A stretch of 64,000 nt of DNA from Candidatus Moraniibacteriota bacterium. Lineage in GTDB: Bacteria > Patescibacteriota > Minisyncoccia > Moranbacterales > GCA-2747515. This document shows, piece by piece, positions 19,338 to 28,910 of the stretch. The notes beneath the pieces are model-generated. The model had not been told where the DNA came from and did not search any database. It was given only the letters and a program-made list of their open reading frames with translations. Each line of letters begins with the position of its first letter. Within the stretch, counting starts at the first letter, position 1. The position numbers were made by a program, and so were the translations under genes. The stretch covers positions 610,474 through 674,473 of the forward strand of contig CP065011.1 of NCBI GenBank assembly GCA_016699795.1, read 5' to 3'.

Positions 19338-21048
19338 AAAAGGATTTAGCGTTGTTGAAGCTGTTGTTGCTACGGCAATTTTTTCTATTATAGTTGCTTC
19401 TATAATGACGAGTATTTTTTCTACCAATAGAATAGTTTTTTTCTCTGGAGAAAAATCACGAGCAACATTTCTTGCTGAAGAAGGCTTGGAAGCTACAAAA
19501 AGTATACGGGATAAGGATTTTGAAAATTTAATTGATGGTACGTATGGGCTGGATACACAGGGTGGGGAATGGATATTTAGCGGAAGTCAGGATATACAAG
19601 ATATTTTTACAAGAAGTATTACCATTTCCTCTTTGAATGAAAATACTAAGAAGGTACAATCGACTATACAATGGACTCAGGATTCGGAAGAGAAAATAGT
19701 GACATTAGAAAGTCGTTTGACGAATTGGAAAATTTCAAAAATGCAAACGAATCGAGGAATGCTCGTTTTTGGAGATGGGGGAACAACTTCAGATTCGATA
19801 AAATATCGCATGTATGAAGAAGAAAGTGGCACGTGGGGTTCAGTCGCCTCTCTTGCTGATATTGATCAAACAACAACGAATAAAGCTTTGCGAACAGCTC
19901 GCGTCTATGCTTCAGAGGATCGTGATGAATATATTGCTATTTCCAGACATTTTAATGGAACACAACAATCTATTTATGCGCAGGTATATAATGGTTCTTC
20001 TTGGGGGAATGTGCAATTACTTTCTAGTTGGAATGCGAATACGTTTTTGTATGCACAAAATTATGATGGAGTTTATTTGAGTAATGGAGATTTTGTGGTA
20101 ATCTACAGTGATTTTACCAATACACCAAAATTTCGAGTGTGGAATGGAACTTCATGGGGAGTACAAGTTTCAATGAAAACAGCTTCAACATATCCAAATT
20201 TTGTAGTCGCGAAGGCGAGGCCGGAGACAAAAGAAATTATGGTTGCCTTTACGGGACAAAATAGGCGTGTTTTCACACAATATTTTAATGGAGGATCGTA
20301 TACTACAACAAGTTGGACATACCTCCAGCATACTACGAGTGGTGTTGCTAATACCGTTCGATTAGCAGATTTTTCTTGGAGTCCAGAAAATACTTCTGTG
20401 GGTGCTATGGTGTATTCTGAAGGAACGACAAGATACATCTCTGTAAAAGTATTTACTGCCAATGGAAGTGGTGGTGGGGCATGGTCTTCTCGTGTGAATA
20501 GTCCAACGCAAAGTAATAGTTCTATGAATGTCATGATACAAGGGCGAGAAGGAGCAAATCAATTTATGACTTGTTATAAAGATAATAAAAATCCACAGCA
20601 ATTTCTTTGTTTTGAGGTGAATAGTTTTACACCCACAATAGCTACGCCAACGAATAATATAATAACAACTACAGCAGTGAGTGCTACGGGGGTTTTTGGT
20701 TTAGATTTTAATTATGCACCTAATGGTCTTTCTGGAGTCGTTGTCTATTCTGATAATACGGCTATACCAAAAATGAGAACATATAATCCATCATCTCATA
20801 TATTTAGCTCAGCCATTTCTTTGCCGTCCTTAGGAAATACGGTGTATACGAATAAAATTATTGTTAATCCAGATTCTGAAGAAGCGATGTTTCTTTTTGG
20901 GGGCAGTAACAGAAGCCTTTATTCTATAGCTTTTGATTCGGTAAGCGGCACTGTCTACACAACGCCTGCTGGAAAAGCTTTGAATACACAAGGAACTAAT
21001 GGATCAGCAAATACGGATCAGTGGTATGACTTTGTGTGGAAAAAATAG
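19312..21048 (+). CDS. Large (578-aa) pilin-like protein: prepilin N-terminus with a big C-terminal globular domain
   Basis: MKKEWLLNRKG|FSVVEAVVATAIFSIIVASIM prepilin motif, then about 540 aa of a Ser/Thr/Asn-rich beta-rich domain. Overlaps the previous gene by 26 bp. Confidence 0.65.
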   Translation: MKKEWLLNRKGFSVVEAVVATAIFSIIVASIMTSIFSTNRIVFFSGEKSRATFLAEEGLEATKSIRDKDFENLIDGTYGLDTQGGEWIFSGSQDIQDIFTRSITISSLNENTKKVQSTIQWTQDSEEKIVTLESRLTNWKISKMQTNRGMLVFGDGGTTSDSIKYRMYEEESGTWGSVASLADIDQTTTNKALRTARVYASEDRDEYIAISRHFNGTQQSIYAQVYNGSSWGNVQLLSSWNANTFLYAQNYDGVYLSNGDFVVIYSDFTNTPKFRVWNGTSWGVQVSMKTASTYPNFVVAKARPETKEIMVAFTGQNRRVFTQYFNGGSYTTTSWTYLQHTTSGVANTVRLADFSWSPENTSVGAMVYSEGTTRYISVKVFTANGSGGGAWSSRVNSPTQSNSSMNVMIQGREGANQFMTCYKDNKNPQQFLCFEVNSFTPTIATPTNNIITTTAVSATGVFGLDFNYAPNGLSGVVVYSDNTAIPKMRTYNPSSHIFSSAISLPSLGNTVYTNKIIVNPDSEEAMFLFGGSNRSLYSIAFDSVSGTVYTTPAGKALNTQGTNGSANTDQWYDFVWKK

Positions 21049-21058
21049 TTATAAGGAT

Positions 21059-21568
21059 ATGATGAAAATATTTTGCCATAATAAAAAAGGAATATCATTG
21101 ATAGAATTACTTATATACATTGCTATAATGGGTATACTTTTAACGTCTATAGTTTCATTTATTACTGTGAATGAAAATATGAAAAAAAGAAATCAAGCGA
21201 TTTCAGAAGTAGAAATTCAAGGTTGGGAAGCAATGCGCTTTATAACAAAATCTATCAAGAATGCACAGAGCATTACAGGTCCTATTTTTGGTGAAAATTC
21301 AGCCGTGCTTACTCTCGTTGTGGACGATGTGACTAAGAGTCCTACAATCTTTGATTTGAATGCTGGTGCTTTGCGAATAAAAGAAGGACTTTCTGATCCT
21401 GTTACTCTTACGGATTCTCGAATGATTGTGGACACACTCTCTTTTACTAATTTTGGATCAAGCACAACAAAGGGAAGTATAAAAATACAGTTTAATGGAA
21501 GCTATTTCGATACAAGTGAAAATACTGATTATCAAAAAACATTTTATGGAACAGCAACCCCGAGGTAA
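21059..21568 (+). CDS. Prepilin-type pseudopilin
   Basis: Start taken at MMKIFCHNKKG|ISLIELLIYIAIMGILL (internal Met of ORF 20999, just after the upstream stop at 21048). Classic G-x-x-x-x-E prepilin motif. Confidence 0.65.
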   Translation: MMKIFCHNKKGISLIELLIYIAIMGILLTSIVSFITVNENMKKRNQAISEVEIQGWEAMRFITKSIKNAQSITGPIFGENSAVLTLVVDDVTKSPTIFDLNAGALRIKEGLSDPVTLTDSRMIVDTLSFTNFGSSTTKGSIKIQFNGSYFDTSENTDYQKTFYGTATPR

Positions 21569-21959
21569 AAATAAAAAAGGCTATGTTCTTTTGGTTTCAG
21601 TGATATTTTTAGGATCAATAATTCTTTCTTTATCGCTTTATTTTTCTTGGTTGGCATCTTTTATGCTTCGAAATGGAATAGATTTCGCTCAGGCTCAGCA
21701 GGCTGAATATTTAGCTGATCTTTGTGTTGAGACGGCACTTCAAGAACTTTGGGACGACGGCGCTTTTACAGGTTCGTTAGTCATTGCTGATTCCGGAGGA
21801 GAATGTTCATATCAAGTAAATAATACAGGAGGAGAAAATCGACAAATAAATGCAACGGGAATAGTGAATGGAAAAACTAAAAAAATGCAAGTAGCGGTGG
21901 ATGCTGTAAACGCAAATGTGAGTGTTTCTTCTTGGAAAATAGTGGCAGATTTTAATTAA
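21546..21959 (+). CDS. PilX-like minor pilin
   Basis: Start at the internal Met: MEQQPRGKNKKG|YVLLVSVIFLGSIILSL followed by AQAQQAEYLADLCVETALQE, resembling the PilX N-terminal domain pattern. Confidence 0.55.
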   Translation: MEQQPRGKNKKGYVLLVSVIFLGSIILSLSLYFSWLASFMLRNGIDFAQAQQAEYLADLCVETALQELWDDGAFTGSLVIADSGGECSYQVNNTGGENRQINATGIVNGKTKKMQVAVDAVNANVSVSSWKIVADFN

Positions 21960-21968
21960 AAGAAGACT

Positions 21969-23252
21969 ATGAAAAGAGATTTTTTAAAAAAAATGAAAAT
22001 AGGAACGAAACTGATTCTTTTTATGCTTCTTTCGAGCATAACTATATTGAGTATTTTTTATTTTTTTGGAAATAATTTTCAACGCGAAATATTATACTGG
22101 GAAGCACATAGAAAAGTAAGTATTTTAAAGAAAAGATTTTCTAGTTTGGAACAGACAAATATCAAAAACTTATCTATGGGTTTGGAAATTTTTTCTGAAA
22201 ATTCTGAAATAAAAAATAGTTTTCTCGAAAAAGATCGTGAAAAATTATATACTTCAGTAGCCCCACTATTCAAAGGACTTAAAGAGCGATATGCTTTAAC
22301 GCATTTATATTTTCATCTCCCGGACAGAACAGTTTTTTTACGTTTACACGACAAGTCATTATTTGGGGATGAAGTAAAGAGAAAAACACTTCTGAACGCA
22401 GAAAAAACGAAAGAAATTAGTTCTGGGCTAGAATTAGGAAAAACAGCTTTCGCACTTCGATCAGTCATTCCTTATTATGATAAGGATCAATTGATTGGCT
22501 ATTTGGAATTTGGAAAGGAAATAGATGAATTCTTGGATATTTTGAAACAAGAAGTTGGAGATGATTTTGTCTTTTTGGGAAAGAAAGAGCTGATGGAAAG
22601 ATCTGAATGGGAAAAAACAATGTCTTTGAAAGATGTATCTTCTCGTTGGGATGATAATGAAACTTATGTTTTTTTGGGAAGTACTAATAAGGATACCCAC
22701 TCTTCTTGTTCTCGTTTTATAGATTTTTCTTCTACGGAAGATGAATTTGTAGGGAATGAAATTGTGACTGAGGGAGAAAAAAAATACCAATGCTCAGGTT
22801 TTTCAGTATATGATTTTGAAAAAGAAAGAACGGGAATAATTCTTTTAAAAAGTGATGTTTCTGAAACTTTAGCTTTTGGAGATAAACAGATTCTTTCCCT
22901 CGTTCTTTTTTCAGGTGGAATATTTTTTACTTTCCTTATTCTTTTTGAGATTGTAGTTTGGAGAATAATTACTTCTCCTTTGCATAGACTTCTTATTTCT
23001 ATTCAAAAAGTAACTCAAAATTCAAGGAAACAAAAAATAAATATCGAATCAGGCTATGAAGTCGGAAAAATTTCTTCCGCATTTAATGAAATGATAGAGG
23101 TAGTAGAAAATGCTCGAGAAAACTTGGAAGAAAAGGTATTGAGTCGAACTGAAGAGTTGGAGAAAGTAAATAAATTTATGATAGGTCGTGAGTTAAGAAT
23201 GATCGAACTTAAAAAAGAAATAAACAGATTAAAAAAAGAAAAAGAATTTTAA
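21969..23252 (+). CDS. Membrane sensor protein: N-terminal TM, periplasmic Cache-like domain, TM, HAMP, signalling helix; no output domain
   Basis: 427 aa. TM1 LILFMLLSSITILSIFYFF. Extracytoplasmic domain with HLYFHLPDRTVFLRLHD...IGYLEFGKEID (Cache/dCache-like). TM2 LVLFSGGIFFTFLILFEIVVW. HAMP (RIITSPLHRLLISIQKV...ISSAFNEMIEVVE). S-helix EEKVLSRTEELEKVNKFMIGRELRMIELKKEI. Then the stop. Confidence 0.6.
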   Translation: MKRDFLKKMKIGTKLILFMLLSSITILSIFYFFGNNFQREILYWEAHRKVSILKKRFSSLEQTNIKNLSMGLEIFSENSEIKNSFLEKDREKLYTSVAPLFKGLKERYALTHLYFHLPDRTVFLRLHDKSLFGDEVKRKTLLNAEKTKEISSGLELGKTAFALRSVIPYYDKDQLIGYLEFGKEIDEFLDILKQEVGDDFVFLGKKELMERSEWEKTMSLKDVSSRWDDNETYVFLGSTNKDTHSSCSRFIDFSSTEDEFVGNEIVTEGEKKYQCSGFSVYDFEKERTGIILLKSDVSETLAFGDKQILSLVLFSGGIFFTFLILFEIVVWRIITSPLHRLLISIQKVTQNSRKQKINIESGYEVGKISSAFNEMIEVVENARENLEEKVLSRTEELEKVNKFMIGRELRMIELKKEINRLKKEKEF

Positions 23253-23256
23253 TTGC

Positions 23257-25452
23257 ATGACAATGAAAAAAGAAATTTCTCATATTATTTTTTTCTCAGG
23301 ACTTTTTACTCTTATTGTTGTAGGTTTTTTCATAAATATATATTTTGAGAAATCAACAGAAAAAACTCTTCGAGAAGAATTGACCCGATTGAGTGAAGTT
23401 GTTAATTTGACCGTAGATTCGAAAAAAATAGCTTCTCTAGAGGGGAATTTAGAGGATGAAAAAAATGAAGAATATCTTCATTTGAGGAAACAATTCCTTC
23501 TTGTCGGAGAGGCTTTAAAAAAGTTTGATATCAGATGGATTTATTTTCTTAGAAAAGAAGGAGAATCCTGGATTTTTTTGGTAGATTCTATCGAAACAGA
23601 ATCTTCTGATCATGCTTTTCCTGGAGAAGTCTACATAGATTATCCCAAAGAAATAGATTTAGTAGCAAAGAGATATGAATCATTGGTGGCGGGTCCATAT
23701 ACAGATCCATGGGGAATATTTATTTCTTCTTTTATTCCTGTTAAAGATTTTGAAACTGGAGAGTCGATTGGTGTTTTGGGCCTTGATATTGACGCAGATG
23801 TTTGGCAAGAAAAAATTACAAAAGCACAAATCTTTCCAAGCGTAGTAATAGGGACTCTTATTCTTTTTTGGATTTCTTTCTTTTTATATCGTCAAAAACG
23901 ATCACAAAATGAAAAGAAAATTTCTATAAGAGACTTGCAATTAGAGTCTGTGACAAAAAACATTCAGGATGTGGTATATCGAGTGAATCAAGAGGGTATA
24001 ATAACGTATATTTCTCCAGCTGTGGAGGCTATGTTTGGATTTTCTCCAGAAGAAATAGAAGGGAAAAGTATTGATTTTCTTCTTTTTCCTGAAATAAAAA
24101 AGGAAGAGGAAGAAAGATTTTGGCAATCATTTCAAGAAAAAAATGATAGTTTAATGAATATTTTATTGCGTCATAAAAATGGAGAGATGAGAGAAGTGGA
24201 AATTTCTGGAGTATTTATTCAAGAGAAAGAATCTATAATTGAATTTCAAGGAATAATTCATGATGTAACGAAAGAAAAAAGAATTAATCAAAAAATAGAA
24301 GCACAAACGGAAAATTTGAAAAATTCTCAAAAAGCACTTCTTAATGTTTTGGAGGATATTGAAATAGAAAAAGAAAAAATGGAGCAAGAAAAAGATAAAT
24401 TAGATGCTATTTTGTATAGTATTGGAGACGGCGTGTTTGTCGTGGATCGTCATCTTAAAATAGTTATGGTGAATAATATGGTTTCTACATTGACGGGTTA
24501 TTCTAATGAAGAGCTTCTTTTGAATGAAGTTTATTTTGAAAGGATGAAATTTATATCAGATGATAATGAGATGAAAAGAGATACGTTTGTAGAAGATGTA
24601 ATACAAACAGGGGAAGAGAAAAAAATGATGGAGCATACAGCACTGATTCAGAAAAATGGAAATAGAATGCCTGTAGCTGATAGTGCCTCACCTTTAAAAA
24701 ATAAAAAAGGAGAAGTGATTGGTTGTGTCGTTGTGTTTCGAGATGCTACAAAAGAGCGTGAAATAAATAGAATGAAGTCAGAATTTGTTTCGGTAGCATC
24801 GCACCAATTAAGAACACCTCTGACAAGTATAAAATGGTTTGCAGAACTTCTTCTTGATGAAAGTAATGTAAATTTAACCAATGAGCAGAAGGAATATGCC
24901 AAAGAAATCTATGAGGGAAATGAGCGTCTTATTGATTTAGTAAACGATCTTTTAAATGTTTCTAGAATTGAAACAGGGAAAAATTTTGTAGTAGAAATGA
25001 AAAAAACAGACATAGTTGAAATTGTAAGAGATGTGGTAAAGAAACAAATTCCGAGCGCAAAAGAAAAAAATATTACTATCGTTTTAGATGAAGAAATTCC
25101 TGAAGTCTTGCTATTGGATATTGATGGGGTTAAAATAGAACAAGTTTTCCAGAATCTTTTGAGTAATGCTATCAAATATTCTCTAGAAAACAGTGAAGTG
25201 CGATTTGGTTTCTTGGAGGAAGATCGTTCGGTATGTTTTTCTGTGAAAGACTCTGGAATAGGCATTCCTGATGATCAGAAAAAACATATGTTTGAGAAAT
25301 TTTTTCGAGCAAGTAATGTTATTATGACGGAAGCACAGGGAACTGGATTGGGCCTGTATATAGCAAAGTCAATTATTGAGGGGCACGGAGGGGAGATTTG
25401 GTTTGAATCAAGTGAGAAGGGAACAACATTTTTTATTCGTTTACAAAAATAG
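23257..25452 (+). CDS. Sensor histidine kinase (periplasmic sensor domain, 2 TM, two PAS domains, HisKA, HATPase_c)
   Basis: 731 aa. PAS (ITYISPAVEAMFGFSPEEIEGKSIDFL). PAS (ILYSIGDGVFVVDRHLKIVMVNNMVSTLTGYSNEELL). H-box EFVSVASHQLRTPLTSI. N box QNLLSNAIKYS. G boxes DSGIGIP and GTGLGLYIAK. Confidence 0.85.
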   Translation: MTMKKEISHIIFFSGLFTLIVVGFFINIYFEKSTEKTLREELTRLSEVVNLTVDSKKIASLEGNLEDEKNEEYLHLRKQFLLVGEALKKFDIRWIYFLRKEGESWIFLVDSIETESSDHAFPGEVYIDYPKEIDLVAKRYESLVAGPYTDPWGIFISSFIPVKDFETGESIGVLGLDIDADVWQEKITKAQIFPSVVIGTLILFWISFFLYRQKRSQNEKKISIRDLQLESVTKNIQDVVYRVNQEGIITYISPAVEAMFGFSPEEIEGKSIDFLLFPEIKKEEEERFWQSFQEKNDSLMNILLRHKNGEMREVEISGVFIQEKESIIEFQGIIHDVTKEKRINQKIEAQTENLKNSQKALLNVLEDIEIEKEKMEQEKDKLDAILYSIGDGVFVVDRHLKIVMVNNMVSTLTGYSNEELLLNEVYFERMKFISDDNEMKRDTFVEDVIQTGEEKKMMEHTALIQKNGNRMPVADSASPLKNKKGEVIGCVVVFRDATKEREINRMKSEFVSVASHQLRTPLTSIKWFAELLLDESNVNLTNEQKEYAKEIYEGNERLIDLVNDLLNVSRIETGKNFVVEMKKTDIVEIVRDVVKKQIPSAKEKNITIVLDEEIPEVLLLDIDGVKIEQVFQNLLSNAIKYSLENSEVRFGFLEEDRSVCFSVKDSGIGIPDDQKKHMFEKFFRASNVIMTEAQGTGLGLYIAKSIIEGHGGEIWFESSEKGTTFFIRLQK

Positions 25453-25453
25453 T

Positions 25454-25858
25454 ATGGCTTTTATCTGGAGTGATGAGTATAATCTTGGTATAGAGAGAAT
25501 AGACAAACAACATAAACATTTTGCTCGTCTTATTGAAAAACTTCATAATGCTATAAATAATACAACTTTCGATCAAGAATTAGAGGGTATTATGGTTGAT
25601 TTGGTGGAATATGCTCAGTATCACTTTAAAACGGAGGAATTTTATTTTGATTTGTATCAATACGAATTTTCCGAGGAACATAAAGAAGAACATAAAAAAT
25701 TATTACAAAAAGCACTTGATTTTCAAAAGCAGTATAAAGAAGAAAGGGTAATTTCATTAGAAGAGTTTACTGAATTTTTAGAGGATTGGCTTGTTGATCA
25801 TATGGGAGGACAAGATAGAAAATATATCCAATGCTTTCGCGAACATGGATTGTCTTAA
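25454..25858 (+). CDS. Hemerythrin-like (bacteriohemerythrin) metal-binding domain protein
   Basis: Start at MAFIWSDEYNLGIERIDKQHKHFARLIEKLHNAI (the hemerythrin W-x-x-x-x-x-G-x-x-x-ID-x-QH signature). Additional His/Glu ligands (YAQYHFKTEE, HKEEHKKLL, DWLVDHM). Begins 2 bp after the kinase stop. Confidence 0.75.
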   Translation: MAFIWSDEYNLGIERIDKQHKHFARLIEKLHNAINNTTFDQELEGIMVDLVEYAQYHFKTEEFYFDLYQYEFSEEHKEEHKKLLQKALDFQKQYKEERVISLEEFTEFLEDWLVDHMGGQDRKYIQCFREHGLS

Positions 25859-25946
25859 ACTTTATTCTAGAAAAAGTAAAGTATTTTGAAAACTAGCTAG
25901 TAATAAACAATAAAATTTTAAATAGAAAAATAAAAAATATAATTAT

Positions 25947-28844
25947 ATGTATCAAAAAATCCTTTTTTTATTACTCGTATTTTTTTTCTCAATTCCTTTC
26001 GGGGTTCAGGGACAAGAAATGGCAGAGACCCCCCCTCAAGCAATGGCCAATAATGAGGATTCTGAAATATTCACTATTGCCACAGTTAATATTGATAGCG
26101 TTGATGTTGTTTCAAAAGATAATAAAACATTTGATATCTCAATGGCTTTGAGTAATGAAGGTGGATTTCAGCCACAGATTGGATATTTTGTCCGATTAAT
26201 TCATGTAAATGAAGATGGTTCTCAATTACTTGCAGACACAAAAACATATACGGATATTTTTGATATTGGTGAAAATTCTCGAATAGAGAAGAGTTTTTCT
26301 TATACGGTACCAGATACTATTTCAGGAACCTATGATCTCTGGGTTTTTTTGGAGAATAAGAATGGACTTTCTCTTTCGTTTACTTCGGTAAAACAGAACA
26401 TTGCACTTACTGCACAAAAACAAATATTATCTTTTGATCCTTCGAAATGTTTTATTACAATTGAAAATTTAAAAACAGAACAAGCCCTTCTTTCTGAAGA
26501 TATACCGAAAAGATATAATCTTTTACAAGGAGTGGATTTGGATCCAAAAAAAGAATCATTAATGTTGGAGTGTTCTATTTTTAATCCTTTTGCTGAATCA
26601 AAAGCTGTTGTTCCTCGTTTGAAAACGAAAAAACGAGCTATTCTTGGAGATACAATTTCAGAGAAAGATCTTACAGATCAAATATTTTCTTTTTCCCCTT
26701 CAGAAACAAAAACTGTAAGAATAAATATTCCTGTTCCAGAAACTCCTCAAGCGTATCAAACAATACTTTCTTTTGTTGAGAAAGGAAGTAATAGACAACT
26801 TTCTTCAGAGTTTGATCTTCATTATGTCATACAGGGAGAATCAGGGACTATTCAAAATATTCTTTTTGATAAGAATATGTATGAAAAAGGAAATACTGCT
26901 GTTATTCGTTTCTTTTGGAGCCCTTCTGCTGATGGATTTCCTTCTGCTCGAGGGGGTGTTGGAACTGAAATTACTGGTTCTCCCACAGTAGAGATTGCTA
27001 TTATGGACGAGAATGGAACTGCTTGTTCTGATAAGATAGAGAGTTCTTTGAATACGAATCCCCAGCAGACTCTTTCAGTGCCTATCTTTAAAAATTGTAA
27101 TAATCCAACTTCTATTGTTCGTATAAAAAATGGTGAGGGAAAAATTCTTGATGAACAAAGCGTGATGGTAATGAGCACTTTTAATGATTTCACAAAGGAA
27201 ATGAAGAAAGAATCTTCTCAAGAGGAATATCAAAAAAAACTAAGCATTCTTATTCTGATAACAGTAGTGATCTCTGTAGGAATTGTTCTTTATCTTTTTT
27301 TTCGAAAGCGAAATAGTACGCATAGATTTAGAAGAAGTACGATGAATTTATTTCTTTTTCTTTTATTTCTTTTTAGTATATTGGGAATTGGTACTGAAAA
27401 AGTAAATGCATATACACAAGGATTGCGTGTAATGGGACAAGAAGGAGATCCTCTTGGTACTTTTGTTATCTATTCAGGAAGTGTTACTCTTTCTGGGAAT
27501 ATTGTTACAGTGACAGGAGGTGTTGTTGGGTCAGCTTGTAGTAATGCATCAGCGGAAGGATTTCTTTCTGCATCACATACACCCTCCGGAGTTGTGTGGA
27601 AAGATTTAGTAAGGAGAGCATTTTTTATAGGAGAATATGGGTTTCATCATGGAGCCCCTTTTTCTTATACGGGGAATATTCAATCGTTCACAAAATTTCC
27701 AAATAAAAATGTCGTGAACATGTACGCGGGATTAACCCTAATTGATGATTTGGATTGGATGACGATGCTTCTTGATAATGGAACATATACCATAGCACAG
27801 ATAACTGCAGATAGATGGTCTAAAACATGTCGCAATGGTACTCGATGGTGTAGAAGCGTGAGTATTCTTTTTGATGTTCCTATTCCCATTCCTCCTTCCT
27901 GTCTAGGAAATAAAAACTTTCCAAACGCATCTCTTTGTTCTAATGATGAAATAAATATTACTAGGGATACACGATATACATTGGGAGAAATCTGCACACC
28001 TGCAAAATGTGAATATATTTGTGATTCGGGATATACCTTTAACGCATTTTCGAATTCGTGCACCCCCATTCCCACGCCACATCTTATTCTTTGCCCAGAA
28101 GCATTGAATCTTATAAAAGGATCAAGCGGTAGTTTAAAAGCCCAATACTGGGGTAATTATACTGGTACTCCTAATTGTTCTACTCCAGGTTTTACTGATG
28201 TAACAAATAGTTCTATTTGGTCTTCAAATAATACAACGATAGCAACTGTGAATAGAGGAACTGTACAGGCCTTAAATATTGGTAATAGTATTATTTCAGC
28301 AAGGTATAGTGGTCTTTCTGATTCTGCTTCGGTAACGGTAAGAAATGAGCAATATATACTTACTGTGACAAAAGCAGGTGACGGAGCTTCTATAAGTACC
28401 GTAAAAGCAAATAGTACTGAGTGCACTCCTTCTTGTAGTTTGACTGTGAATGGAGGAGATCCTGTTTCATTAGAAGCTATCCCTAAAACAAGTAATAATG
28501 TAATTTTTAAGGGATGGAACTCTGGGTGTAGTGGTAGGACTGAATCCTGTACAAAAAATGTGGATAGGACAGAAACAGTGATAGCAACTTTTGGCTGTAG
28601 TGATGATTATACTTGGAATTCAACTACGAATTCATGTGAAGGTGTTAGGGGGGAATGCGCAGAAAATCTACCTTGTTATGAAAAAATGCCCGAAACTAAT
28701 CCTTCTACGATTCTTTGTAAAAAAGGCACTCCTAGATACCTTTCTTACTCTTCTGGAAAATTCGAATGGACATGTTCTGGTCTTGGTGGAGACATTCTTT
28801 GTACCACAAATCAATGTGCACGATATAAAGAGGTAACCCCGTAA
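25947..28844 (+). CDS. Large exported surface protein with an internal two-TM hairpin, Big_2 and InlB-B-repeat-like Ig domains and a Cys-rich C-terminus
   Basis: 965 aa. Signal peptide MYQKILFLLLVFFFSIPFGVQG. After about 430 aa comes LSILILITVVISVGIVLYLFF-RKRNSTHRFRRST-MNLFLFLLFLFSILGIGTEKVNA (TM, basic loop, then a second signal-peptide-like TM). Big_2-like IATVNRGTVQALNIGNSIISARYSGLSDSASVTV. InlB-B-repeat-like YILTVTKAGDGASISTV...CTPSC...FKGWNSGCSGRTESCTKNVDRTETVIATF. Confidence 0.6.
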   Translation: MYQKILFLLLVFFFSIPFGVQGQEMAETPPQAMANNEDSEIFTIATVNIDSVDVVSKDNKTFDISMALSNEGGFQPQIGYFVRLIHVNEDGSQLLADTKTYTDIFDIGENSRIEKSFSYTVPDTISGTYDLWVFLENKNGLSLSFTSVKQNIALTAQKQILSFDPSKCFITIENLKTEQALLSEDIPKRYNLLQGVDLDPKKESLMLECSIFNPFAESKAVVPRLKTKKRAILGDTISEKDLTDQIFSFSPSETKTVRINIPVPETPQAYQTILSFVEKGSNRQLSSEFDLHYVIQGESGTIQNILFDKNMYEKGNTAVIRFFWSPSADGFPSARGGVGTEITGSPTVEIAIMDENGTACSDKIESSLNTNPQQTLSVPIFKNCNNPTSIVRIKNGEGKILDEQSVMVMSTFNDFTKEMKKESSQEEYQKKLSILILITVVISVGIVLYLFFRKRNSTHRFRRSTMNLFLFLLFLFSILGIGTEKVNAYTQGLRVMGQEGDPLGTFVIYSGSVTLSGNIVTVTGGVVGSACSNASAEGFLSASHTPSGVVWKDLVRRAFFIGEYGFHHGAPFSYTGNIQSFTKFPNKNVVNMYAGLTLIDDLDWMTMLLDNGTYTIAQITADRWSKTCRNGTRWCRSVSILFDVPIPIPPSCLGNKNFPNASLCSNDEINITRDTRYTLGEICTPAKCEYICDSGYTFNAFSNSCTPIPTPHLILCPEALNLIKGSSGSLKAQYWGNYTGTPNCSTPGFTDVTNSSIWSSNNTTIATVNRGTVQALNIGNSIISARYSGLSDSASVTVRNEQYILTVTKAGDGASISTVKANSTECTPSCSLTVNGGDPVSLEAIPKTSNNVIFKGWNSGCSGRTESCTKNVDRTETVIATFGCSDDYTWNSTTNSCEGVRGECAENLPCYEKMPETNPSTILCKKGTPRYLSYSSGKFEWTCSGLGGDILCTTNQCARYKEVTP

Positions 28845-28880
28845 GTTTAATAGGGGAGTGATACACTAAGATTATCAAAT

Positions 28881-28910
28881 AAAAATGCCATAGAATGGCA
28901 TTTTTATTTT
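28881..28910 (+). terminator. Rho-independent terminator downstream of the 965-aa surface-protein gene
   Basis: aaaaatgccat-aga-atggcattttt: an 11-bp perfect stem (as far as the A/T ends pair) followed by ttttatttttc. Confidence 0.6.
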
